Shown: in pieces, positions 1 to 8,485 of the stretch
Layout of the letters: each line of letters starts with the position of its first letter
Position numbering within the stretch: position 1 is the first letter of the stretch
DNA from: Candidatus Omnitrophota bacterium
Lineage (GTDB): Bacteria; Ratteibacteria; UBA8468; B48-G9; JAFGKM01
DNA length: 64,000 nucleotides
NCBI GenBank assembly: GCA_023819375.1
Contig: JAMWDI010000004.1
Coordinates: 130,190-194,189 of the forward strand
Reading direction: 5' to 3'
The notes under the pieces: generated by a model
The model's input: the letters and a program-made list of their open reading frames with translations, nothing else
Databases searched by the model: none
Told to the model about the DNA's origin: nothing
Position numbers and translations under genes: made by a program

Positions 1-294
1 AATTGTATTTCTTGCAGGAACATAAGTTGAAGGTATCCCTCTAATCTTTCTTTCAGGTATTTTAATTTCATCTCTTGTAAGTGCTGATTTTAAAAATTTT
101 AAATTTATCTTCAAAATTAAATGTTCTTCTGCTTTTAAAAACTTTGCAACTTTCTTTGCAGATAATAATTCTTTTCTGCTCTTCTGCCCATAATCAATTG
201 TTAAACAATAAATTTTATATCCTTTTTTCTTTGCAATATAAGCAGATAAGAAACTGTCAATACCACCTGAAATTAAACAAACTGCTTTTTTCAT
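1..294 (-). CDS. queC: 7-cyano-7-deazaguanine synthase, 3' end runs off the window
   Basis: Not in the ORF track. Manual translation from ATG 294 gives MKKAVCLISGGIDS...TIDYGQKSRKEL...IPSTYVPARNTI, with the SGGxDS PP-loop, YGQ and TYVPARN QueC motifs. ATGA overlap with the queE stop. Confidence 0.95.
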   Translation of the reverse strand, partial: MKKAVCLISGGIDSFLSAYIAKKKGYKIYCLTIDYGQKSRKELLSAKKVAKFLKAEEHLILKINLKFLKSALTRDEIKIPERKIRGIPSTYVPARNTI

Positions 295-887
295 TTTATT
301 TTTAAAATTTTTTGAATTTGAAATCTAAAATACCAGTTTTTTTCTGGATTTTTTTTTAAAAAATTAACAATATCTTTAGAAATCTTTTTGTCATTATTAA
401 GTGGTTGTAAAATAACAGGACTTTCTATTTTTCTATCAATAAATTCAAAAGTCTTTTTATTAATAATAACATATTTAAACTCATTGGCTACTTTTTTAAA
501 TTTGTTGTCGTAACCTGAAGGATGATAAATTTTACCTTCTTCTTTTGGACTTACCGTTATCCAATGAAATTTTATATCTCTCCATATAGTCCCATTTGTT
601 TCAACTGATATCCAGTAGTTTTTTCTTTTAAGGAATTCAAAGAGATATTCTATTTCCTGTAAATAAGGTTCTCCTCCTGTAAAGCACACTCTTTTGCAAT
701 CAAATTTTTCTACCTCTTTTAATATTTCTCTTGCCTCCATTTCTTTACCATTTTCCCAAGCATATTTTGTATCACACCATGAACATCTTAAATTGCATCC
801 TGTAAATCTTATAAAAACAAATGGCAATCCCTGAAGTAATCCCTCTCCCTGAATAGAATAAAAGATCTCATTTATCCGATATATCAT
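291..887 (-). CDS. queE: 7-carboxy-7-deazaguanine synthase (radical SAM)
   Basis: EIFYSIQGEG, FIRFTGCNLRCSWCDT (CxxxCxxC), TGGEP, ETNGT, SPK motifs; adjacent to queC. Start moved to ATG 887 (MIYRINEIF). Confidence 0.95.
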   Translation of the reverse strand: MIYRINEIFYSIQGEGLLQGLPFVFIRFTGCNLRCSWCDTKYAWENGKEMEAREILKEVEKFDCKRVCFTGGEPYLQEIEYLFEFLKRKNYWISVETNGTIWRDIKFHWITVSPKEEGKIYHPSGYDNKFKKVANEFKYVIINKKTFEFIDRKIESPVILQPLNNDKKISKDIVNFLKKNPEKNWYFRFQIQKILKIK

Positions 888-961
888 TTTCAATCCAGAA
901 ACTTTAAAATAATTTAAATAACTATATCTTTTACTGTCAAATTTTTCACAATATACAAAAC

Positions 962-990
962 TTGTCAAAAAAAATTGATCATGGTAATAT
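962..990 (+). promoter_or_regulatory. Probable sigma70 promoter of tRNA-Asn
   Basis: TTGTCA (962-967), 17 bp, TAATAT (985-990) preceded by TGG (extended -10); the tRNA starts 12 nt downstream. Confidence 0.5.
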
Positions 991-1002
991 ATAAAAATAG
1001 GT

Positions 1003-1074
1003 TCCGGTGTAGCTCAACGGTAGAGCAGGCGGCTGTTAACCGCAAGGTTGTAGGTTCGAATCCTACCACCGGAG
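1003..1074 (+). tRNA. tRNA-Asn (anticodon GUU), CCA not encoded
   Basis: Acceptor stem TCCGGTG/CACCGGA, D arm GCTC/GAGC, anticodon loop CT-GTT-AA, T arm GTAGG-TTCGAAT-CCTAC, discriminator G followed by CCT. Confidence 0.97.
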
Positions 1075-1213
1075 CCTTTTTATAAGGTAGGAAAATAAAA
1101 TCTGTTATATATAAATCAAGATTAACAATTGGGAAAAGGCGAAAAGAAAAATTTTTTGACTTTCATAATTTTCTATTTTATAAATCTAAAAAATCTCTGA
1201 TAAGAAATAGAAT

Positions 1214-3103
1214 TTAACCAAGGGTGAAAGATATAGGGGTTTTTGTTAACCAACTTATAATAATCCATAAACCAGCAGCAGTGAAACTTCCAAAAACCAT
1301 CCCAAGGAAAAATATTTTTACTGTAGAGTAAACTTTTGCTCCACCGTATTTTAATATTACTGTCTTTGCTATCCAAGCAAGAAAAATAGAAAACCAAGTA
1401 TGATAAATAGGATGGGGTATTCCAATAGTAAGTCCAATAGGTGATATAGGCCATCCAGGAATTTTACTTCTTGCTAAAAGAATTAAAATCATTAAGAGTG
1501 CTCCAACTATAGCAAATAAAAACTGTTTTTTACCGAAGATTACAGGATCTCTCATTATGTTTTTTATATACTCAGCCATAAAACTTGATGCATATCCGAA
1601 TTGCCAGGAAGACAAATTTATTCCGCCAAATTTATAAGCAAGGAAAAGAACTGTAATTGTTGAACTTATTAAAGTAAATATTATAGAAAGGAAAATGCCT
1701 AAAAGGAGTTTATTTAAATTTAGTTTAAAATTGTTAGCAAGTTTCAATCCATTAGATGTTGAAGCCATAACAGAAGTTCTAATGTCTGCAGCCCAAGGGA
1801 AAGTTAAACCGAGAGAAACCAATCCTTGATTTCCAATTAATTTGGAACCAAACGTATAGATTGTTACTGCTGAAGGGATAATTGGAGCCCTATAATATGC
1901 AAGTCCTGTTTGTGAAATAATTCTTGTTAGTCCAAGGAAGATAAGAATAGTTATTATAATAAAGTATATGGAAATTGAGAGTTTAAGCCCTGATTTACTT
2001 ATCCACCAAACACTGAAGATAAAGCAAAAAATAAATCCCCAGAAAGAAATTTTGTATAAAAATTTTTCTTCTTCCATATCTTTTATTTTTCCTATGCTAA
2101 TTAGAAATATCTGTTTTAAATGTCTTCTTGCAAACCATAAACAACTTAATGATAAAATCATTAAAGCACCGAAGGACTGAAAAGCAACTTCTTCACAGGC
2201 TGGATCTGAATAGGGAAGAAACATTCCTATAGAATAACCAGTCATTTTTAAGAAACCAGTTTCAAGAATAAAGATAAAAGCAAAAAGCCAAACACTTAAA
2301 AGAACATCTTTTGGTATTAAAAAAGCAAGTCCAATAACTTCAAATCTAACAGATAATATTAAAGAAATTGAGCGCCTGAAGATAGGGAGAGATTTACTAA
2401 GCACAGGGCCTTTAAAAATAGGAAAAAGATTTGAAAGTCCAATAAGAGAATAAAGGATAAATGGAATAAGAAAGCCAAGATAAAATAACTTATTTTTATG
2501 GATTGGATTTTCTTCATTTGCCATTTCAATAACAGGTTCAGTTAAGGGATAAGTTAATTTTTCTCTTTCAATCCACTGCTTACTTAACATTAGAATTAGA
2601 AAAATTAACAAAAAATAAAAAATAATTATGAATATGTACCAATTAAATAAAGGAGTTATCCATTGATTCCATGGAATTTTTGTATTTTTAGGAAGTCCTT
2701 CATATAAATACCAAATTGTTTTGTAATCCTTTGGAAATAAATGGGATGGTAAGTAAGGATGAATCATTTCATCCCATCTATTAGTTGGTGTTGCATAGTA
2801 AAAAATACCACCAAGAAGACCTATTAAATTCATAGTAAATCCCCAAGATGGAATAGCGCAAGCAACAATCATCATTATATAAACTGTAATAAGTTCAGAT
2901 GGTGTTAAATATAATTTTTTTATAAATTTTTTACTGAATTGATTAAAAAGTAGGATATAAATAAAAAAAATAAAAATTGCCCAACCAGTTGAATAATCAG
3001 CGGCTAAAGGAGAACCATGGATATAAAGAACATTTAAAGGTTCAAGGACTCCAATCAAAATACAAAAAATTATACCAATTATTATTGATTTTAAAGAAAC
3101 CAT
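1214..3103 (-). CDS. Polytopic membrane protein resembling the DUF6785/DUF6784 (OPT-like) putative transporter family
   Basis: 629 aa with many hydrophobic segments; motifs IPWNQWITP, QWIEREKLTYPL, WPISPIG, WFSIFLAWIAKTVILKYGG as recalled for this family. Confidence 0.6.
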   Translation of the reverse strand: MVSLKSIIIGIIFCILIGVLEPLNVLYIHGSPLAADYSTGWAIFIFFIYILLFNQFSKKFIKKLYLTPSELITVYIMMIVACAIPSWGFTMNLIGLLGGIFYYATPTNRWDEMIHPYLPSHLFPKDYKTIWYLYEGLPKNTKIPWNQWITPLFNWYIFIIIFYFLLIFLILMLSKQWIEREKLTYPLTEPVIEMANEENPIHKNKLFYLGFLIPFILYSLIGLSNLFPIFKGPVLSKSLPIFRRSISLILSVRFEVIGLAFLIPKDVLLSVWLFAFIFILETGFLKMTGYSIGMFLPYSDPACEEVAFQSFGALMILSLSCLWFARRHLKQIFLISIGKIKDMEEEKFLYKISFWGFIFCFIFSVWWISKSGLKLSISIYFIIITILIFLGLTRIISQTGLAYYRAPIIPSAVTIYTFGSKLIGNQGLVSLGLTFPWAADIRTSVMASTSNGLKLANNFKLNLNKLLLGIFLSIIFTLISSTITVLFLAYKFGGINLSSWQFGYASSFMAEYIKNIMRDPVIFGKKQFLFAIVGALLMILILLARSKIPGWPISPIGLTIGIPHPIYHTWFSIFLAWIAKTVILKYGGAKVYSTVKIFFLGMVFGSFTAAGLWIIISWLTKTPISFTLG

Positions 3104-3112
3104 GTTAGAGTT

Positions 3113-3140
3113 ATTTTACTTATAATTTTTCTGATGTCAA
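3113..3140 (-). promoter_or_regulatory. sigma70 promoter, near-leaderless
   Basis: TTGACA (3140-3135), 16 bp, TAAAAT (3118-3113); ATG 9 nt downstream with no SD. Confidence 0.5.
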
Positions 3141-3310
3141 AATTAACTCTCTTAAATATTTGTCTTTCTAATTCTCTCATTTTTCTTAATCTTCAACTTT
3201 TCTCTTACGTTTTCTCTGCATGTAAAATTTCCATCCCTTTACAATATTTTTCCCTTGATTTTCCTTTAAATTTGAGACACATTCCTTAAAAGTTTTAACA
3301 GTTTTAAAAA

Positions 3311-4465
3311 TTATTTTTTCTGACTATTGTTTAACTTTACATTGTTAAAAAGAATATTTTTGCAATTGCGACATATTATACTATTATCTGAAAAATTTTC
3401 CATTTCTAAATTATTAAATGAGATATTATGAATTTCTATTTCGCTGTTTCCCTCTATAGTTAAAGGTCCTCCACTTTTTATAATTTTTATATTAGAAAAA
3501 TTTATATCTGAAATTCTTTCCAATTTAATTCCTTCTTCAACAGTTATCCATATAGGATTTAATTTGCTTTCAATTATTACATTTGAAAATAAAATATCAT
3601 GAACATTTGCGCAACCCTTACTATTTTCCAGTAAATAAACTTTTGGAAATTGAAATATAATTCCTCTTGTTCCTTCTATTATTAAATTTTTAAATACACA
3701 ATTTTTTATTTCTCCATCAGAAGGACATTCAATTCTTATTCCATTACAATCTGTTTTTAAAATACAATTTGAAACAGTTATATTTTCACAACTAACCTCT
3801 TCTTTATAAAATTGTTTTATACAACGAACTGCAATACAATCATCTTGAGTATCCATAATACAATCACTTATAACAACATTTTTACAACTGTCAACATCTA
3901 TTCCATCTATGTTTCTCATTCTTCTATCCCCGTATATTTTAACCTTATGAATATTTATATTCTCGCATTTCATTAACCAGATTGTCCAACAAGCAGAATT
4001 TACAAAAGAGATGCCTTCAAAAAAAACATTTTTACAATTATAAAACATAACTATTCTTGGCCTTGGAATTTCTGGTTTTTTATAATAATCTTTATAAAAA
4101 GAAAGTCCAGAACCATTTATTTCTCCACTTCCTGTTATTCCTAAATTTTCAGAATCAACTGCAATAATAAGTGCATTTTTTGTAATTTCTTTTTTGGGCT
4201 CTATCTTTTCCATAATAAAACCTTCTGCATCAAGTTCCTTATAGTCATTTAAACTTTCACTTCCGATAATTTTGCTTCCGTTTTCAAGATAAAGTTCAAC
4301 ATTACTTTTAAGAAAAATTGTTCCTGTTTTATATATTCCAGGTTGAAATATAATTCTTCCTCCTCCATTTTTATAACAGGTATCTATTGCTTTTTGTATC
4401 TTTTCTGTATTAATCGTTTTTCCATCTGGTCTTACCCCAAATTCAGTTATTCTATAAGTACTCAT
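3311..4465 (-). CDS. GH28-like (polygalacturonase-family) beta-helix glycoside hydrolase, no signal peptide
   Basis: ITEFGVRPDGKTINTEKIQKAID...PGIYKTGTIFLKSNVEL, NIDGID, QDDCIA; has GIRIE in place of RIK and lacks the G/SHG motif. Confidence 0.8.
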   Translation of the reverse strand: MSTYRITEFGVRPDGKTINTEKIQKAIDTCYKNGGGRIIFQPGIYKTGTIFLKSNVELYLENGSKIIGSESLNDYKELDAEGFIMEKIEPKKEITKNALIIAVDSENLGITGSGEINGSGLSFYKDYYKKPEIPRPRIVMFYNCKNVFFEGISFVNSACWTIWLMKCENINIHKVKIYGDRRMRNIDGIDVDSCKNVVISDCIMDTQDDCIAVRCIKQFYKEEVSCENITVSNCILKTDCNGIRIECPSDGEIKNCVFKNLIIEGTRGIIFQFPKVYLLENSKGCANVHDILFSNVIIESKLNPIWITVEEGIKLERISDINFSNIKIIKSGGPLTIEGNSEIEIHNISFNNLEMENFSDNSIICRNCKNILFNNVKLNNSQKK

Positions 4466-4560
4466 TTTCTTTCCTTTTTATCTGAAACAATTACAACTTT
4501 TGCACTACTATTTATTATATCTCCACCTCTAACTTTCATTCCCAACTTTCCCCAATTTTC

Positions 4561-5532
4561 TTATTTATCTTTCGGTTTTACTCCCGGTATTCCCATCCCT
4601 TTATTTCTTCCCTTTTCATAGTATCCTTTATAAACATTACTACATATTCTCCATTCAGAAGAAGTTTCTTTACAATCTTTGTATCCACATATTTCTTTTG
4701 CTGATTTAATCCTCTTGAACAACCTTTCAAATAATTTCTTTGCGGTTAATATCATACCATAATTCATATCAAGTTTGAATAAAACATCTAAATCTTTTTT
4801 CTCATCTCTTAAGTTCATAGAAAAACCACCTATACAAAGATTTTTTTCAGGTATATAAGCACTACAAGGAGGACATATCATACAGGGACCTTCAATAAGT
4901 TTAATTGGTATTTCTGGATTTTTTCTTATTCTTTCAATAACTTCATAAAGATTATCCTCTAATATAGGTTGGTTTTTGCTTTCGGAAAAGCAAACCATAC
5001 ACATAAGATGATGGGGTCTTATTTTTAGAATTTTTGATTTATAAATTTTTTTAACAGATATCTTTTTTGATTTTTTTCTTTCTTCAAGTGAACGACCCGG
5101 AAAAATTGAATTAATACCTTCTTCTCTTAATTTTTCATAATCTGATTTTTCTGAATATTGACATCCTTTCCAGATTTTTGAATTTGGAATTCCTTTACAT
5201 ATCTCTTTTGTAGTTTCAATTGAATTAAATAATTTTTCTATAATAAATCTTGCAGGCATAATCGCTCCAGGGAAAAGGCCTATTAAACGAAGTATATCAA
5301 AATCCTGTTTTTTTCTGAATAATTCTTTTTTGTTTTTGATATTTTGAGGATTTTGATAAGAATAACTACCAGCAACTCTACAAACCAACATGATAGGTCT
5401 TTCTGGATTTTTAATTATTTTGTCAAGAATTGCTCTCAATTTTTTATCTTCTTTTGAATTTTTAAATCCTCTCTTTAATTTACATAAAATACAAAATAAT
5501 TGATAAGGATGAACTTTAATATATTTTCTCAT
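4561..5532 (-). CDS. Tandem DUF1284-like Cys/His-rich (putative Fe-S/metal-binding) protein
   Basis: Two internal repeats: VHPYQLFCILC...KNPERPIMLV...DFDIL...KEIC...WKGC and IRPHHLMCMVC...KNPEIPIKLIEGPCMICPPC...DLDVL...KEICG...WRIC. Confidence 0.65.
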   Translation of the reverse strand: MRKYIKVHPYQLFCILCKLKRGFKNSKEDKKLRAILDKIIKNPERPIMLVCRVAGSYSYQNPQNIKNKKELFRKKQDFDILRLIGLFPGAIMPARFIIEKLFNSIETTKEICKGIPNSKIWKGCQYSEKSDYEKLREEGINSIFPGRSLEERKKSKKISVKKIYKSKILKIRPHHLMCMVCFSESKNQPILEDNLYEVIERIRKNPEIPIKLIEGPCMICPPCSAYIPEKNLCIGGFSMNLRDEKKDLDVLFKLDMNYGMILTAKKLFERLFKRIKSAKEICGYKDCKETSSEWRICSNVYKGYYEKGRNKGMGIPGVKPKDK

Positions 5533-5534
5533 AA

Positions 5535-6581
5535 TTATCCCTTCTTAACTTTATATGGCAATAACCATCTTTTTCTTTTTATAAATTCCCCTCCTTTAAA
5601 TCTCTGTTCAATAACTTCTTTTTTCTCAAGGTAATTAAAACAACTTCTCATACAACCTCTTGAACCACATATTCCAAAACTTCCACCTTCTCCCCATTTT
5701 TGTAACATGGCATGCCCTTCTATGATATAACCCGATGGGAACTCCTCTGTTTTTCTCCATCTTCCTGTTGATAAAGTCCAGCAAAATTTATATGCAGTCT
5801 CTTCTGAAAAATCCTGTTTTCTTGCGTCTATATTCCAGCCAGGGAAATCTTTATGTATAAAAGGAGAAACTCTTGAATCACCCCCATGATAACTTAATGT
5901 ACATTTTCCAAGATGTATATCAGCCCATTCATAAACATAGTCCTCAATTTTTATCTGGATTTTTTTATTTTCTTTTATATGAGGTATTGCATAAGAAGGA
6001 CAGTCATTTACACATTCCATACATCTTTTACAGATACTACCTGGTTTTATAAGTGGATCTGGTTCAACTTCAAGGTCAGTTATAATTGCATGTAATCTCT
6101 GTCTTGGTCCAAATTTTTTAGTTAAAAAAACTTTACTCCATCCAATTTCCCCAAGTCCAGCACAAATACCTGCAATCCTTATAGCAAGATGAACATCAGG
6201 AGGTGGGAAATTTTTTCTTAATGGTTTTACTGGAGGTTGGGCTTCTGGTACTCCTGGATAATAAGGGACTGCTTCATATCCAAAATCTTCAATAAAACAG
6301 GCAAGTTGATAAAGAGGTTCAGGAATAAAAAAAGTATTTAAAAGACCATGATAATCAAAATAAGTATAAGAAATCCAGTTTGTCCCTTCTTCTATTCCAC
6401 GCCAACCACCCCTTAATATTCTTTTTCCAACAACTATAACTGTTTTACCTTCTGGAAATATGTTTTTCGGATTCATTCTTTCTGGAGCATTTTTGAATCT
6501 TTCAATATTTGCAAAACCAATTAAATCAAGTCCAAACTTATAACCTGTTTCTCTTATTAACTCTTTCGTTAGTTTTTTCAT
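5535..6581 (-). CDS. QueG/reductive dehalogenase-like cobalamin and 4Fe-4S protein (paralog A)
   Basis: DLIGFA, PEGKTVIVVG, AGLGEIGWSKVFLTKKFGPRQRLHAIITD, CKRCMECVNDCP, C-terminal CGSRGCMRSC. Start at ATG 6581 after AGGAG. Confidence 0.8.
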   Translation of the reverse strand: MKKLTKELIRETGYKFGLDLIGFANIERFKNAPERMNPKNIFPEGKTVIVVGKRILRGGWRGIEEGTNWISYTYFDYHGLLNTFFIPEPLYQLACFIEDFGYEAVPYYPGVPEAQPPVKPLRKNFPPPDVHLAIRIAGICAGLGEIGWSKVFLTKKFGPRQRLHAIITDLEVEPDPLIKPGSICKRCMECVNDCPSYAIPHIKENKKIQIKIEDYVYEWADIHLGKCTLSYHGGDSRVSPFIHKDFPGWNIDARKQDFSEETAYKFCWTLSTGRWRKTEEFPSGYIIEGHAMLQKWGEGGSFGICGSRGCMRSCFNYLEKKEVIEQRFKGGEFIKRKRWLLPYKVKKG

Positions 6582-6588
6582 TTTTCTC

Positions 6589-7437
6589 CTATTCTTCAAT
6601 TATCTCGCCACTTTTATCAATTTTCCATACAGGTCTTTTTCTAAATTTTTCATTAAATAAATTTTTTATTCTTTTTGTTTCTTCAAGATGAAAAAGACAG
6701 GTTCTTGAGCATAAAGCAGCAATTCTATCTGGTTTTCCATTTTCATAATACATATTTGGTAAGACACCGTTTTTACATTTTTTACATATTTCATAATCAA
6801 TTTCTGCAACTATCATCTTTTTATCACATATTTCAATTTCTTTCTCTTTTTCCTTTATTGCTCCAAGTGGACATATCTTTAAACATTCTTTACATAAATC
6901 ACATATATTTTCTTTCTTTATTTGATCTGGTTCAATTTCTGCATCTGTAAGTATTATTTGAAATCTTTGCCTTGGACCAAATTCTTCAGTTAAGAATATC
7001 CTACAATATCCAATTTCTCCAAGTCCTGCTCTAATTGCTGTATCTTCAATATCTATTAAAACATTTGGTGCTGGTTTCCCTTTTTTAACAGGTATTCCCA
7101 TTGGTGGAACTTCAATTGGTATATCAGGCAAAGGAACTGCTTCATATCCGTTATCCTCAAGAAATTCACATATTTTAAAAGTTGTTAAAGCAAGTATTCT
7201 ATTGTTTAACCATTGATATCCATATAGATTATACAGGTGAAATTGTGTTCCTTCTTCAATTCCTCTTAAAGCCCCTCTTGTTATTCTCTTTCCTATTACA
7301 ATTATACTTTTTACTTCTGGGAATATACTTTCTGGGTGGTGTTGTTTGTTAATTCCTTTAAACCTATCTATGCTTGCAATACCTATTAAATCTGCTTTAA
7401 CTTCTTTTGCAAACTCTATTAATCTTTCTTTTTCCAT
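6589..7437 (-). CDS. QueG/reductive dehalogenase-like cobalamin and 4Fe-4S protein (paralog B)
   Basis: ADLIGIA, AGLGEIGYCRIFLTEEFGPRQRFQIILTD, CDLCKECLKICP, ICKKC, LCSRTC. Confidence 0.8.
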   Translation of the reverse strand: MEKERLIEFAKEVKADLIGIASIDRFKGINKQHHPESIFPEVKSIIVIGKRITRGALRGIEEGTQFHLYNLYGYQWLNNRILALTTFKICEFLEDNGYEAVPLPDIPIEVPPMGIPVKKGKPAPNVLIDIEDTAIRAGLGEIGYCRIFLTEEFGPRQRFQIILTDAEIEPDQIKKENICDLCKECLKICPLGAIKEKEKEIEICDKKMIVAEIDYEICKKCKNGVLPNMYYENGKPDRIAALCSRTCLFHLEETKRIKNLFNEKFRKRPVWKIDKSGEIIEE

Positions 7438-7453
7438 AAATAAAATCTTCCTT

Positions 7454-8485
7454 TTAAAATTTTTTAACTATGACTTCTTTAAAAACATTTTCACAGTAAG
7501 AACAATTTTGACATAGTTTATTACATTTTGTTATTTTTTCAAACCAATCATCTGGAAATCTTGAATTTTCAATTATATAAGGATATAAAATTTTACTATG
7601 AGATGGTTCAAATAAATCAAGTAAGTTGCCTTGATATTTTTCATCATAATATGCTTTTATAACTTTTTCAGGGTCCTGATTTGTCCTTGTTGCAAGTTTA
7701 ACAACATCAAAATATTTTTCATAATGATGCAAATCTTCTGGCCTTATCCACGAAGAATATGAAATTAAATATTTCCAGTTTTCTTTTTCTTTGTAAAAAG
7801 ACCAGCAATTACCAGGTATATTATCTGTCAAATTTGCTTTTGTAAATATTTCTGCTTCATGTGAAATAACATTATCATGAAAAGATTGAACAGGGCAGAA
7901 ATTTATACAACCACTATTTACAAGAATAGATAATTTTTTCCCTTTTTTATTACACCAATCTTTAATTTCTTCTATTCTTTCAAAATCCCTATTATACTCT
8001 CTTTGCATAACAAAATCATCAAATAAATCTTCTAATTGCTCCATCTGTTTTATTTTTCCGATTCTCATATTTACACTTGCTCTTACTTCAATATCTTTAA
8101 AATTTTTCTTAATTATATATGCAATAACTGGAGAGAAAGAAGTTATAGAATCAAGACCTATATTTTCCTGTAAATAATCAATAATTGAAATAACCATATT
8201 AGTAAGATTTATTGATAATGAATTTTCACCCCAGCAGGAAGCATTCAAAAGTAAATTAAGTTTTATTCCAAGTTTTTTTATTTTTTTTAATTCATATTCA
8301 AGTTGTTTCTGTACAAACCAATTTATATATCCAACCTTCTCAGCAATCGGTCCTCTTCCGCTGGGTAAATTAAGCCATGGGAAATAAACTTCTTCAATTC
8401 TATCCTTATATTTTTCAACAATATCTGAAAAAATTTGCTCCTCTTCTTTAAACTGATATCCAATAGAAAATTTTATTTTTCCCAT
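7454..8485 (-). CDS. Peptidase U32-family Fe-S protein (UbiU/V, TrhP, RlhA superfamily)
   Basis: EVYFP, LLLNASC, RASVNMRI, REYNRD, LVNSGCINFCP...H...C, WIRPEDL, VKLATR, GNLLDL, C-terminal CNKLCQNCSYC. Confidence 0.7.
   Translation of the reverse strand: MGKIKFSIGYQFKEEEQIFSDIVEKYKDRIEEVYFPWLNLPSGRGPIAEKVGYINWFVQKQLEYELKKIKKLGIKLNLLLNASCWGENSLSINLTNMVISIIDYLQENIGLDSITSFSPVIAYIIKKNFKDIEVRASVNMRIGKIKQMEQLEDLFDDFVMQREYNRDFERIEEIKDWCNKKGKKLSILVNSGCINFCPVQSFHDNVISHEAEIFTKANLTDNIPGNCWSFYKEKENWKYLISYSSWIRPEDLHHYEKYFDVVKLATRTNQDPEKVIKAYYDEKYQGNLLDLFEPSHSKILYPYIIENSRFPDDWFEKITKCNKLCQNCSYCENVFKEVIVKKF

Noticed and set aside
81-305. 74-aa + strand ORF and the many other short antisense or shadow ORFs in the track
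   Set aside because: They overlap well-supported genes (here queC) on the opposite strand or in another frame and have no motifs.
1050-1080. tRNA-Asn 3' end as the attachment site of a genomic island
   Set aside because: No integrase, no second copy of the tRNA 3' end noticed in the window, and no obvious composition shift.
3141-3310. Purine-rich minus-strand spacer with tiny ORFs
   Set aside because: ORFs are about 25 codons or fewer with no motif, and no convincing RNA structure.
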